Shown: positions 37,760 through 47,937 of the stretch, piece after piece
Layout: each line of letters begins with the position of its first letter
Numbering within the stretch: position 1 is the stretch's first letter
Assembly: GCA_014859985.1 (NCBI GenBank)
Contig: JACZKN010000092.1
Location: forward strand, 5,980 to 69,979
From: Candidatus Krumholzibacteriia bacterium
GTDB lineage: Bacteria > Krumholzibacteriota > Krumholzibacteriia > LZORAL124-64-63
DNA length: 64,000 bases
Reading direction: 5' to 3'
Made by a program: the position numbers and the translations under genes
The notes under the pieces: model-generated
Databases searched by the model: none
What the model was told of the DNA's origin: nothing
Seen by the model: only the letters and a program-made list of their open reading frames with translations

Positions 37760-39094
37760 ATGAAACTGCTTGGGCGCTTTCGCCTCGGGCAAGCGTTGGC
37801 GATCGTGACATTGCTGGTCACGCCGGTGTTCGCCGATGCCTCGCCACCCGACACCACCGCCATTCACCCTGTCCCCGTCCCGGAGATTACGGACGGCGAG
37901 GATATCACCGCGGTTCAGGCCGGTGCGCTGGCCTTGACCCGTAGCCCTCGCCTGGCGGTTTACGATTTCGAACGCAGGATTCGGGATGCGCGCACTCTCC
38001 AGGCCGCCTTGCGCCCCAACCCGGAACTCGCTTTCGAAGTGGAGAACTTCGCGGGATCCGGTGACCTGTCGGGCTTCGGCGGTTCCGAACTCACCCTTTC
38101 GGTGGCCCAGCTGTTCGAGCTTGGCGGCAAGAGGTCCAATCGTCGAGAAGTCGCCCGCTTCGAACGCAAACTGGCGACCTGGGACTACGAAGCTGTCCGT
38201 CTTGAGGTCCTCAGCGATGTGTCACGGGCCTTCGTCGAGGTAGTCGCCGCTCAACTGCGGATCGCGCTCGCGGATGACCTGATCGAGACTGCCAAGCAGG
38301 ACCTCGTCGCCGTCGGCCGGCGTGTCGAGGCCGGAGCAGCTTCGCCGATCGAACGGACGCGTGCCCGGATCGCCCTGGCCACCGCGGAAATGGACCGCGA
38401 AACCGTGGCACTCGCACTGACTGCCGCCCGGGTCCGGTTGGCGACGACATGGGGTTCCGACCAGCCGAAATACGGCCGCGCCGTGGGCGACCTCGAACAG
38501 GTCGCACCGCCCCCGACGGCGTCAATGTTGGAGCAACGCCTGACAACGAACCCCGACATCGCACGCTGGGCGACCGAGCAATCCCTGCGCGAGGCATCCC
38601 TGAATCTGGAGCGTTCCCTGGGGAAGATCGACCTCGTCGCCTCTGGCGGATTCAGGCGTCTTGAGGAATCCGGAGACAACGCCTTCGTGGCCGGAATCGC
38701 GATTCCGCTGCCGGTTGCCAACCGGAATCAGGGGAACGTCCAGGCCGCCGCTCTCGAACTGGCCAAGGTCGAGAAGGAACGTCTGGCAGCAACCAGTACC
38801 GCGCAGGCGGCGCTGGCATCGGCGTACGCTGACCTCTCTGCCGCCTTCAAGGCCGCAACCACGCTCAGAGAAGAAATCCTACCGGCCGCCGAGGAAGCCA
38901 TGGCGACCGCCGAGAGTGCCTACCTGAAAGGCCTCTTCAACTTCACCGATGTTTTAGCTGTCCGCACGACCTATCTCGATCTGCGGGAGCGTCATATCGC
39001 GTCCCTCGCCAGCTACCACATTGCCCTCGCCGAGCTCGAGCGCGTCGTCGCCGGGCCTCTGAGTCAGGTCGAGAACAACCAGGAGCGTCCGTAA
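37760..39094 (+). CDS. czcC: outer-membrane efflux protein (CzcC/TolC family)
   Basis: Signal peptide; OMF-family repeats; first gene of HME-RND operon. Confidence 0.7.
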   Translation: MKLLGRFRLGQALAIVTLLVTPVFADASPPDTTAIHPVPVPEITDGEDITAVQAGALALTRSPRLAVYDFERRIRDARTLQAALRPNPELAFEVENFAGSGDLSGFGGSELTLSVAQLFELGGKRSNRREVARFERKLATWDYEAVRLEVLSDVSRAFVEVVAAQLRIALADDLIETAKQDLVAVGRRVEAGAASPIERTRARIALATAEMDRETVALALTAARVRLATTWGSDQPKYGRAVGDLEQVAPPPTASMLEQRLTTNPDIARWATEQSLREASLNLERSLGKIDLVASGGFRRLEESGDNAFVAGIAIPLPVANRNQGNVQAAALELAKVEKERLAATSTAQAALASAYADLSAAFKAATTLREEILPAAEEAMATAESAYLKGLFNFTDVLAVRTTYLDLRERHIASLASYHIALAELERVVAGPLSQVENNQERP

Positions 39095-39095
39095 C

Positions 39096-40082
39096 ATGAA
39101 ACCGACGAGCTTTCCCATCCTAGAACGCAGGTTCGTGAATCAGGCCGCACTTGTTCTGCTGGCCCTCTCCCTGGCGATGCCGCAACTGTCCGCTCTGGCG
39201 CAGGAACCGGGTCACGAGGCCCACGGCGACGAACAGGGGCACGACGAAGAAGGACACGAGGAGATCGTGAGTCTCAGCGCCGAAGAGATGCGTGAATTCG
39301 GCATCGTCGTCGCCGAAGCCGGCTACGCCACCCTCACGAGCAGCGTCGACCTACCCGGTGAGATCCAGACCAACGACAACATGCTCGCCCACATCGTCCC
39401 ACGCTTTTCCGGCATCGTGACCGACGTGCGTGCTCAAATCGGCGACAAAGTCGCGGCTGGTCAGGTTCTCGCCGTAATCGAAAGCGACGAGAGTCTGTCT
39501 CCCTACGAGGTCAAGACCCTCATCGCCGGCACGGTCATCGCCAAGCACATTACGCTTGGCGAGGCGATCTCGCGGGAGCATGCCGCCTTCGTCGTCGCTG
39601 ATCTCAGCTCCGTCTGGGCGGACATCACGGTCTATCAGCGGGACATCAGCACAGTGGCAGTCGGCCAGGATGTCCAGATCTCCGGGGGACACGCCCACCC
39701 GGCCGTGACCGGCGCGATCTCCTATGTCGCTCCTGTCATCGACGAGGAAACCAGAACCGCCTTGGCGAGGGTCATTCTGCCCAATCCGGGAGGCACCTGG
39801 CGTCCCGGCACGTTCATCACGGCCCGAATCCTCCTCGAAAGCTTCGTCGTGCCCGTCGCCATCCCGCGGACGGCGCTACAGCACTTCGAAGATCAGGACG
39901 TCGTCTTCGTTCAGACCCCGGAAGGCTTCATGCCCAGACCCGTGACCGTCGGACGGTCGGATGAGAACACGCTCGAGATCGTCTCGGGCCTCGCAGCCGG
40001 TGAAAACTACGTATCCCAGGGTGGGTTCACGCTCAAGGCGGAACTCGGCAAGGGATCCTTCGGCGGCGGTCACGCGCACTGA
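39096..40082 (+). CDS. czcB: RND periplasmic adaptor (CzcB/HlyD family) with His-rich N-terminus
   Basis: EPGHEAHGDEQGHDEEGHEE metal-binding stretch; MFP fold segments. Confidence 0.7.
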   Translation: MKPTSFPILERRFVNQAALVLLALSLAMPQLSALAQEPGHEAHGDEQGHDEEGHEEIVSLSAEEMREFGIVVAEAGYATLTSSVDLPGEIQTNDNMLAHIVPRFSGIVTDVRAQIGDKVAAGQVLAVIESDESLSPYEVKTLIAGTVIAKHITLGEAISREHAAFVVADLSSVWADITVYQRDISTVAVGQDVQISGGHAHPAVTGAISYVAPVIDEETRTALARVILPNPGGTWRPGTFITARILLESFVVPVAIPRTALQHFEDQDVVFVQTPEGFMPRPVTVGRSDENTLEIVSGLAAGENYVSQGGFTLKAELGKGSFGGGHAH

Positions 40083-40096
40083 TTGGAGATGACGCC

Positions 40097-43000
40097 ATGC
40101 TCGAACGAATGATCGAATTCGGCCTGAAGAACCGCCTGTTGGTGCTCATCATCGCACTGATAGTGATGGGTGCCGGCTATGCCGGCTACACGCGCCTGCC
40201 GGTCGACGCCTTCCCGGACGTCTCGCCCAATCTCGTCCAGGTCTTCACGGTGACCGAGGGCCTCGCGCCCGAGGAGATCGAGAAGTACGTCACCTTCCCC
40301 GTCGAAGCCGCCATGACAGGTCTGCCGGGCACCGCCAAGGTCCGGTCGGTGTCCAACTTCGGATTGTCCGTGGTCAACGTCTACTTCCGCGACGATGTGA
40401 ACATCTACTTCGCCCGGCAGCTCGTCGGCGAACGCCTGCAGGAAGCCCGAGAACAGATCCCCGAAGGATTCGGCGACCCCCAGATGGGCCCGATCTCCAC
40501 CGGCATGGGGCTCGTCCTCTTCTACTACCTGGAGGATACTACCGGCGAGTACTCGCTTGAGGATCTGCGCACGATCCAGGATTGGCTGATCAAGTTCCAC
40601 CTGCAGACCGTGCCCGGGGTCACCGAGGTTCTCGGCATCGGGGGCTTCGAGAAACAGTACCAGATCAGGATCCGACCCGAGCAGCTCCTGCGCTACGACG
40701 TCACCCTGGACGATGTGATCGCTTGCGTGCGCTCCAACAACCTCAACGTCGGCGCGCAGTTCATCGAGAAGAACTCCGAAGAGTTCATCGTCCGTTCCGT
40801 CGGGCTGGCGACCGGCATGGAGGATCTCAGCTCGATCGTCGTCAAGACCGTCGACGGGACCCCCATCTTCCTGTCCGATCTAGCGGAGATCGGATCCGGC
40901 GGCGCGATTCGTCGCGGACTGCAGACCCGCAACGGCACCGGAGAGGTGGTTTCCGGACAGGTGGTCAAGCTCTTCGGCGCCAACTCGTCCACCGTGATCG
41001 GCCGTGTCGAGTCCAAGCTCGAGGAGATCAACAAGATCCTGCCCGATGGGGTACGCATCGTTCCCTACTACGAGCAGAAATCGCTCGTCGAGGCCGCCGT
41101 CAAGACCGTGATCAACGCGCTATTGCAGGGTGTCGTTTTGGTGACGATCGTCCTGCTTGTCTTCATGGGCGGTCTGCGCCCGAGCATCGTGGTCGCCCTC
41201 TCGCTGCCGTTCTCGGTGCTCTTCGCGTTCCTGCTGATGGAACGCTTCGGCGTCTCGGCCAACCTCATGTCGCTCGGCGGCCTGGCGATCGCAATCGGGA
41301 TGATGGTCGACGGTACCATCGTCATGGTGGAGAACATCGACCGCCGGTTGCGGATCGCACCGCCGGACATGACCCGTCTGCGGACCATCTCGCTCGCCTG
41401 CGCGGAGGTCGGCCGTCCCATCCTGTTCGCTATCACCATCATCATTCTCGTCTTCGTGCCCCTGTTCACGCTCCAGGGCGTCGAGGGGAAAACCTTCCGG
41501 CCGCTGGCCTACACCGTGACCATGGCCATGCTGGGATCGCTCATCTTCGCCCTGCTTCTGGCGCCGACCCTGAGCAGCCTCCTGATGCGGGTCCGCCGGC
41601 GCGATGACTCCGACGGTGACGGTGAAGCCCTGGTGGTACGCTGGCTCTTGAAACCGTATCGGCCCGTCGTCCAGTTCTTCGTCCGGCGTAGCTGGGCGGC
41701 CATCGCAATCGCGGTGGTTCTGATGGTGGCCGGCGCAGCGGTGGTTCCTCGCCTCGGTTCGGAGTTCACGCCCAAGCTGCGCGAGGGGACCATCGTCGCC
41801 CGTCTGACGATGGCGCCCTCGATCTCGCTGACCGAGAGCCAGCGGACGGCGCAGATCGTCGAGCGGCGCCTGATGGCGATTCCCGAGGTCCGGGAGGTCG
41901 TTACCCGCATCGGCCGCGGTGAGGTCGGGGCACACACCGATCCCATCAACAGCGCCGAGATGTACGTGATCCTCCGTCCTGAATCCGAGTGGCGCGTCGC
42001 CGGAGGCCAGGAAGCCATCGAGGACGTCATCCGCGACGAGGTCGGCAACGTGCCCGGCGTCCTGGTCAACCTGACCCAGCCCATCGAGATGACGGTGGAT
42101 GAACTCCTGGAGGGCGTCCGCGCCGAGCTCGCCGTGAAGATCTTCGGCGACGATCTCGACGTCCTCAAGGAACGCGCGGCGGAGATCGCGGCCGTCGTCG
42201 GCTCCGTTCCCGGCGCCGCCGACGTCCAGGTCGACCAGGTCAGCGGCGCTCCCCAGCTGCTCCTGCGTATCGACCGGAAGGCGATCGCCCGCTACGGGAT
42301 CAACGTCGACGAGGTCCAGGGAGTCATCCGGGCCGCGGTGGGCGGCGAGGTCGCCGGACAGATCTACGAGGGGATCCGTCGCTTCGACATCCTGGTCCGT
42401 TTCGTCCCCGAGGCTCGCCAGACCGCCGAGAGCATCGGCCACATCCTCATCACCGCCCCGGACGGGGCCCGGGTGCCGCTGGACCAACTGGCCTCCATCG
42501 AGGAGATCGTCGGACCCCGGCAGATCACCCGCGAGGACAACCAGCGGTTCATCTCCGTGCAGTGCAACGTCGTCGATCGCGACATCGGCTCGTTCGTCGC
42601 CGACGCACAGGACGCGATCGATGCCTCGGTCGAACTGCCGCCGGGTTACCTCGTGACCTGGGGCGGACAGTTCCGCCTGCAGCAGGAAGCGAACCGCCGC
42701 TTCGCCGTGGTTATTCCGGCGACGCTGTTGCTGGTCTTCCTCCTGCTGTTCGGCAACTTCGGTTCGATCCGCAACTCCATCCTGATCCTGCTGAACATCC
42801 CGCTGGCCCTGGTCGGCGGCGTGGTCGCGCTGTGGCTGACGGGCCAAAACCTTTCGGTCCCGGCATCAGTAGGCTTCATCGCCCTGTTCGGCATCGCCCT
42901 GGAGAACGGCATGGTGCTGGTGACCTACCTCAACCAGCTGCTGCGCGACGGGCTACCCGTCGCCGAGGCCTCCATCCAGGGCGCGTGCCAGCGCCTGCGC

Positions 43001-43195
43001 CCGGTCCTGATGACCGCGATCACCACGGCGCTCGGTCTGTTTCCGCTGCTCTTCTCGCACGGAACCGGCAGCGAGGTCCAGCGTCCGCTGGCCACCGTTG
43101 TCGTCGGAGGCCTGGTAACATCCACGATTCTCACCCTGCTCGTGATCCCGGCCTTCTACAAGTGGTTTGCGGTCAAGGTTGAGCACGAGGTCTAA
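40097..43195 (+). CDS. czcA: heavy-metal efflux RND permease (CzcA/CusA family)
   Basis: 1032 aa, 12-TM RND architecture, HME-type sequence throughout. Confidence 0.8.
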   Translation: MLERMIEFGLKNRLLVLIIALIVMGAGYAGYTRLPVDAFPDVSPNLVQVFTVTEGLAPEEIEKYVTFPVEAAMTGLPGTAKVRSVSNFGLSVVNVYFRDDVNIYFARQLVGERLQEAREQIPEGFGDPQMGPISTGMGLVLFYYLEDTTGEYSLEDLRTIQDWLIKFHLQTVPGVTEVLGIGGFEKQYQIRIRPEQLLRYDVTLDDVIACVRSNNLNVGAQFIEKNSEEFIVRSVGLATGMEDLSSIVVKTVDGTPIFLSDLAEIGSGGAIRRGLQTRNGTGEVVSGQVVKLFGANSSTVIGRVESKLEEINKILPDGVRIVPYYEQKSLVEAAVKTVINALLQGVVLVTIVLLVFMGGLRPSIVVALSLPFSVLFAFLLMERFGVSANLMSLGGLAIAIGMMVDGTIVMVENIDRRLRIAPPDMTRLRTISLACAEVGRPILFAITIIILVFVPLFTLQGVEGKTFRPLAYTVTMAMLGSLIFALLLAPTLSSLLMRVRRRDDSDGDGEALVVRWLLKPYRPVVQFFVRRSWAAIAIAVVLMVAGAAVVPRLGSEFTPKLREGTIVARLTMAPSISLTESQRTAQIVERRLMAIPEVREVVTRIGRGEVGAHTDPINSAEMYVILRPESEWRVAGGQEAIEDVIRDEVGNVPGVLVNLTQPIEMTVDELLEGVRAELAVKIFGDDLDVLKERAAEIAAVVGSVPGAADVQVDQVSGAPQLLLRIDRKAIARYGINVDEVQGVIRAAVGGEVAGQIYEGIRRFDILVRFVPEARQTAESIGHILITAPDGARVPLDQLASIEEIVGPRQITREDNQRFISVQCNVVDRDIGSFVADAQDAIDASVELPPGYLVTWGGQFRLQQEANRRFAVVIPATLLLVFLLLFGNFGSIRNSILILLNIPLALVGGVVALWLTGQNLSVPASVGFIALFGIALENGMVLVTYLNQLLRDGLPVAEASIQGACQRLRPVLMTAITTALGLFPLLFSHGTGSEVQRPLATVVVGGLVTSTILTLLVIPAFYKWFAVKVEHEV

Positions 43196-43214
43196 GCCAT
43201 GAAGGAGAGCAGTC

Positions 43215-43553
43215 ATGAAGGAGATCAAAGCCTACATCCAGACGCACAAGCTGGCGGACGTCACCTCGGCGCTCCATCGCATCGAGGGGGTGACGGGGAT
43301 GAGCATCGTGGACTGCCGCGGCTTTGGTGCGGGCTGGGCCGGCACGGAACACGCGTCCGACTCCGAAACGTTCAGCTATCGAAAAGGCGTGAAGATCGAG
43401 GTATTCTGCCGGGATGACCTCGCCGCGGACATCATGGCAGCAATCGAGCAGGCGGCACACACCGGTTTGAAGGGGGATGGGAAGATTTACGTCGCGGACA
43501 TTTCGCACGCGGTTCGTATCAGCACCGGCGAGACCGGTGAAGCTGCCGTGTGA
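43215..43553 (+). CDS. P-II (GlnB)-like small regulatory protein associated with metal efflux operons
   Basis: MKEIKAYIQTHKLADVTSALHRIEGVTGMSIVDCRGFG, PII-like fold signature. Confidence 0.55.
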   Translation: MKEIKAYIQTHKLADVTSALHRIEGVTGMSIVDCRGFGAGWAGTEHASDSETFSYRKGVKIEVFCRDDLAADIMAAIEQAAHTGLKGDGKIYVADISHAVRISTGETGEAAV

Positions 43554-43583
43554 GACCGTCCGCGACGAGAAAGGGCCGCCACC

Positions 43584-44489
43584 ATGGGACACGGACATTC
43601 GCATCACCCGGACCCTGAACAGACCGGAGACCGTCGACTGCTTGCCGCCATCGTTGTCAACGTCCTGCTGACCGGCGCTCAGGTGGTCGGCGGGGTCATC
43701 TCGGGCAGCCTGTCCCTGGTGGCGGACGCCTTGCACAACCTGAACGACGCCGCGTCTCTTGGTATCGCCCTGATTGCGCGTCGAATTGCGCGTCGGCCGG
43801 CAGACAAGGTTCGCACCTTCGGCTACCGGAAAGCCGAGGTGATCGGTGCCCTGATCAACACGACGACGCTGATCATTGTCGGCCTTTACCTCGTCTATGA
43901 AGCGGTCGCCCGCTTCCTGCAGCCCGAGCCCATCGACGGGTGGATCGTTGTCATCGTCGCGAGCTTCGCTCTTGTCGTGGATCTCGCCACTGCCCTGATG
44001 ACCTTCTCGATGGCCAAAGAGAACATCAACATCAAGGCCGCCTTCGTCCACAACGTCGCGGACGCCCTCGGATCGCTCGTCGTCATCTGCGTCGGCATCG
44101 TGGTCCTGGCGTTTCAATGGTACGTCGCCGATCTCATCGCGACCCTCCTCCTGGCCGGCTACATCCTGTTTCAGGGATATCGGCTGATGGCGGAGTCGGT
44201 CCGCATCCTGATGGACAGCGTCCCGGCCGACCTGGATCGCGATGGCATCGCAGCCCGGATGGCGGCCGTTCCCGGGGTCCACGACGTGCATCATGTCCAC
44301 ATCTGGCAGATCGATGAGCACCACCGCGCGCTCGAGGCCCACATCGTTGCCCAGGCAGGTCCCGAGGATGCCGAGGCGATCAAGCGAGCGCTGAAGGAAC
44401 TGCTTCGCCAGGAATTCGCGATCGCTCACACCACTCTCGAGTTTGAGTCGCGTGGGGTATGCGACAACGAAAGTGGACCATGCGCCTGA
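43584..44489 (+). CDS. czcD: cation diffusion facilitator (CzcD-like)
   Basis: N-terminal His-rich MGHGHSHHPD, six TM, CDF signature SLVADALHNLNDA. Confidence 0.75.
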   Translation: MGHGHSHHPDPEQTGDRRLLAAIVVNVLLTGAQVVGGVISGSLSLVADALHNLNDAASLGIALIARRIARRPADKVRTFGYRKAEVIGALINTTTLIIVGLYLVYEAVARFLQPEPIDGWIVVIVASFALVVDLATALMTFSMAKENINIKAAFVHNVADALGSLVVICVGIVVLAFQWYVADLIATLLLAGYILFQGYRLMAESVRILMDSVPADLDRDGIAARMAAVPGVHDVHHVHIWQIDEHHRALEAHIVAQAGPEDAEAIKRALKELLRQEFAIAHTTLEFESRGVCDNESGPCA

Positions 44490-44774
44490 GGGTCCACGTC
44501 GGTCCCGCCGCCCATCGTCTCCGCAAGACTACCTTCTGAGCTGGACCTGACCGGCACGCTCTGCCCGCACGGATCGTCGTTGTACTCAACAATTTGTCGT
44601 TGCCTGACTGCGATGTCCCCAAAATCCGTGGTCACCCCCCCTTTTACCAGCAGGAGCCCACGTGGTCGGCGACGTATCGACGTGCCGGGCGAGATCCGAC
44701 ACATCTGCTTGCCGCGGGGTAGGTAACCGAGAGAGGCAGGCCCGCCCACGCGCGGCCACAGGTTAGGCGCAGGA

Positions 44775-45083
44775 GTGACGATGTTCCGCAACGAGGCGCT
44801 TGAACGAGGCAGGTTCAAGCGCGTCCCCGATCGCTGGCAGACCGAGTTCGGCCGCTGGGTGGCCGACTTCGGTGTGCCCCGCATCGTCGCTGGCCTGGCC
44901 CAAGACCCTGACCTCCGCGTCACCAACCAGGCTGTCTACGAGTGGCTCCAGGGCCACGCCCCTCACCCGGCCCGCGCCATGGCCCTCGTCGAGATGTCCC
45001 GGGGGCGCCTCACCCTCGAGGTCATCTACGAGCACAGCCGACAGGTCAAGCAGTCCGAAGGCGAAACCGGAGGACCGCGATGA
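44775..45083 (+). CDS. hypothetical protein, possible HTH regulator
   Basis: 102 aa; PRIVAGLAQDPDLRVTNQAVYEWL helix-turn-helix-like. Confidence 0.3.
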   Translation: MTMFRNEALERGRFKRVPDRWQTEFGRWVADFGVPRIVAGLAQDPDLRVTNQAVYEWLQGHAPHPARAMALVEMSRGRLTLEVIYEHSRQVKQSEGETGGPR

Positions 45084-45745
45084 GGATCGACCTGAAGATC
45101 GACTCCGCCCCGCTGGTCTTGCGCCTGCAGAACGGCCAGCGCCGCCTGGCCTACGCCGTCGTCAACGCCATCAACAACACGGCGAAACGCATCCAGGCCG
45201 TCGAACGTCGGCGCGTCGAGGAAGAGTTCACGATCCGCAAGAAGGAGTTCATCCGGCGCCAGGCCGCCGTCATCAAGCCATTTGCCAACGTGAAGCAAGG
45301 TCGGCCCTACGCCGAGATCGGGGTGGGCCAGAAGCCCCGCCTCCTTCTCTCCGCCTTCGAGCGCGGAGCCGAACGCAAGCCGTTCACGCAGGGTGCTCGG
45401 CGCGTGGCCGAGCCCGTGGTCGGCGGGCCCGCGCGTCCGCGGTTCACGCAGCCCGTCCCACCCGAACTGCGGATCAGGAAGCTGCGCTTCGACCGCACCA
45501 AGACGGGCCGTCGCCGCGTCGGTGTCACCCGCACCAAGACCTACCTCGTCCCCGAGGTCGGGATCTTCCAGCGCATCGGTCCCGCAGCCACGCGCCTCGT
45601 CTACGCCTTCACCCGTGGCAAGAAGCTCGAGCCCCGTCTGCGGTTCGTCGCCACGGCCAAGAAGGAGTCCGACCGCTGGTTCCGCGAGGAGATGGAGCAG
45701 GAAGTCCTGGGCGCCATCGCCCGGGCGAAGGGACGGGGCCTGTGA
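45080..45745 (+). CDS. hypothetical phage protein
   Basis: 221 aa, basic; ATGA overlap. Confidence 0.35.
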   Translation: MRIDLKIDSAPLVLRLQNGQRRLAYAVVNAINNTAKRIQAVERRRVEEEFTIRKKEFIRRQAAVIKPFANVKQGRPYAEIGVGQKPRLLLSAFERGAERKPFTQGARRVAEPVVGGPARPRFTQPVPPELRIRKLRFDRTKTGRRRVGVTRTKTYLVPEVGIFQRIGPAATRLVYAFTRGKKLEPRLRFVATAKKESDRWFREEMEQEVLGAIARAKGRGL

Positions 45746-45873
45746 ACCCGAGAAGCCAGCACGCTCTGCTACGTCGGCGGAGCGCCACAACCATAACTGA
45801 CGATGCCATAGGTACTTCCGGCGCTATCCACCGCGGGTGCCGGCGACCTCGGCCCTCGTAGCGTGGGAGAGTC

Positions 45874-47370
45874 ATGAAACGAGTTTCCACCGATACCAAG
45901 TGTTCCAGTTCCGCCGAGTCCAAGAAGGCCGCAAACGCGCCAGAAACGGCCTCTACGGGCGATTCCGCGCGTTCCGAGTCTCCTGTGATCCTGCCCGGAA
46001 AACTGGAACACTGGAACATCGACCGGCTCCGCCCCTACGAGCGGAACCCGCGCACGCACAGCCCCGAGCAGATCACCAAGATCGCCGCCAGCCTCCTCGA
46101 GTTCGGCTGGACCAACCCGATCCTGGTCGACGGCGAGGCGGGCATCATCGCGGGTCATGGCCGGCTCCTGGCCGCCCGCGAGCTGGACATGACCACGGTC
46201 CCGGTGATTGAACTCACCCACCTGACCGAGGCCCAGAAGCGAGCCTACGTCATCGCCGACAATCGGCTTGCCCTGGACGCCGGCTGGGACGAGGACCTGC
46301 TGGCCGAGGAACTGAAGGCCCTCGAGGACCTCGACTTCAACCTCGAGCTGACCGGCTTTGATCTGGACGAGCTGCACGACCTCCTGGACGACGAGACCGT
46401 CGAGGATGCCCCGGCCCCGGAGCCTCCCGAGGAACCCACCAGCCGGCAGGGCGACCTGTGGGTCCTGGGCAACCACCGCCTGTTGTGCGGCGACAGCTGC
46501 GATCCCGCGTCGGTCGACCGTCTGCTCGGTGGCCAGAAGATCCACCTCGTGAACACCGACCCGCCGTACAACGTGAAGGTCGAACCGCGATCCAACAACG
46601 CCATCGCCGCCGGCTTGTCCAGCTTCCCGCCGTCCACCAAAAGCGCCGTCGAGGCCTCCGATTCCCGCGGCATGCACCATCAGGGATTCGACCTCGCCCG
46701 GCACAAGACCAAATCCAAACCGACCGGCAAGATGCGCCCCAAGGACCGCCCTCTGGCCAACGACTTCGTCTCGGACGAGGCCTTCGACGAGATGCTCCTG
46801 GCCTGGTTCGGGAACATCGCCCGCGTGCTGCAGCCGGGGTGCTCGTTCTACATCTGGGGCGGCTACGCCAACTGCGCCAACTATCCCCCGGTCCTGAAGG
46901 CCTGCGGTCTGTACTTCAGCCAGGCGGTCATTTGGGTGAAAGAGCACCCCGTGCTCACCCGCAAGGACTACATGGGCAACCACGAGTGGGCGTTCTATGG
47001 CTGGCGTGAAGGGGCAGGGCACAAGTTCTACGGGCCGACCAATGCCGTCGATGTCTGGGCGGTCAAGAAGGTCAACCCCCAGAGCATGGTCCACCTGACC
47101 GAGAAGCCGGTCGAACTGGCCGTACGCGCTATCCAGTACTCGTCGAAGCCCGGTCAGAACGTGCTCGACCTGTTCGGCGGCAGCGGTTCGACCCTGATCG
47201 GTGCCGAGCAGACCGGCCGGCATGCGTTCCTCATGGAACTCGATCCCGCCTACACCGACGTGATCGTGATGCGCTGGCAGGAGGCCACCGGCCAGAAGGC
47301 CACGCTCGACGGCGACGGCCGGACGTTTGACGAGATCGCTGCCGACCGCAGGGCCGACCGGGATGAGTAG
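45874..47370 (+). CDS. ParB-like nuclease domain fused to DNA methyltransferase
   Basis: N-terminal ParB-N (ILVDGEAGIIAGHGRLLAAREL); C-terminal MTase motifs VNTDPPYN and LDLFGGSGST. Confidence 0.7.
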   Translation: MKRVSTDTKCSSSAESKKAANAPETASTGDSARSESPVILPGKLEHWNIDRLRPYERNPRTHSPEQITKIAASLLEFGWTNPILVDGEAGIIAGHGRLLAARELDMTTVPVIELTHLTEAQKRAYVIADNRLALDAGWDEDLLAEELKALEDLDFNLELTGFDLDELHDLLDDETVEDAPAPEPPEEPTSRQGDLWVLGNHRLLCGDSCDPASVDRLLGGQKIHLVNTDPPYNVKVEPRSNNAIAAGLSSFPPSTKSAVEASDSRGMHHQGFDLARHKTKSKPTGKMRPKDRPLANDFVSDEAFDEMLLAWFGNIARVLQPGCSFYIWGGYANCANYPPVLKACGLYFSQAVIWVKEHPVLTRKDYMGNHEWAFYGWREGAGHKFYGPTNAVDVWAVKKVNPQSMVHLTEKPVELAVRAIQYSSKPGQNVLDLFGGSGSTLIGAEQTGRHAFLMELDPAYTDVIVMRWQEATGQKATLDGDGRTFDEIAADRRADRDE

Positions 47371-47373
47371 GCG

Positions 47374-47937
47374 GTGGCCAGGGGAGCAAAGAAGGAGCTG
47401 ATCTCGCAGCGCGAGTACGCCCGCAGGCGCGGCTTGACCCACGTCGCGGTTCAGCGTGCCGTGAAGGCAGGCCGGATCTCGACCGTGAATGGGAAGATCG
47501 ACCCTGCGCTCGCCGACCAGCAGTGGCAGGAGAACACCGACCAGAGCAAGCCCCGCAATCGGATCACCGGTAACCCCAAGCAGACCAAGGCACCAGGTGA
47601 ACCATCTGAACCCATGGACATGGGCGGAGCCGATGAAATCGTCGGAGGCTCGTCGACGGCCACCGGATATGCCAAGGCCCGCGCCGCTCGCGAGCTCTAC
47701 CAGGCGCAGCTGGCGAAGCTCGAGTTGGACCGCAAGCGCGGCACCCTCGTGCGCGCCGACGAGGTGCGTCTCGGCGCATTCAACATGGCCCGCAAGGCCC
47801 GCGATCAGTTGATCGCCTTGCCCGAGCGCCTGGCCTCCGTCCTAGCTGCTACAGAGGAGCCCGCCGAGGTCCAGCGCATCCTCGAGGAAGAGATCGAGCG
47901 GATCTGCCAGGAGATCGCGGATGCAGAACGGCCGTGA
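47374..47937 (+). CDS. terminase small subunit
   Basis: HTH ISQREYARRRGLTHVAVQRAVKAGRI; precedes TerL. Confidence 0.55.
   Translation: MARGAKKELISQREYARRRGLTHVAVQRAVKAGRISTVNGKIDPALADQQWQENTDQSKPRNRITGNPKQTKAPGEPSEPMDMGGADEIVGGSSTATGYAKARAARELYQAQLAKLELDRKRGTLVRADEVRLGAFNMARKARDQLIALPERLASVLAATEEPAEVQRILEEEIERICQEIADAERP

Noticed and set aside
41120-42847. 575-aa minus ORF
   Set aside because: Antisense to czcA.
45769-47442. 557-aa minus ORF
   Set aside because: Antisense to the ParB-methyltransferase gene.
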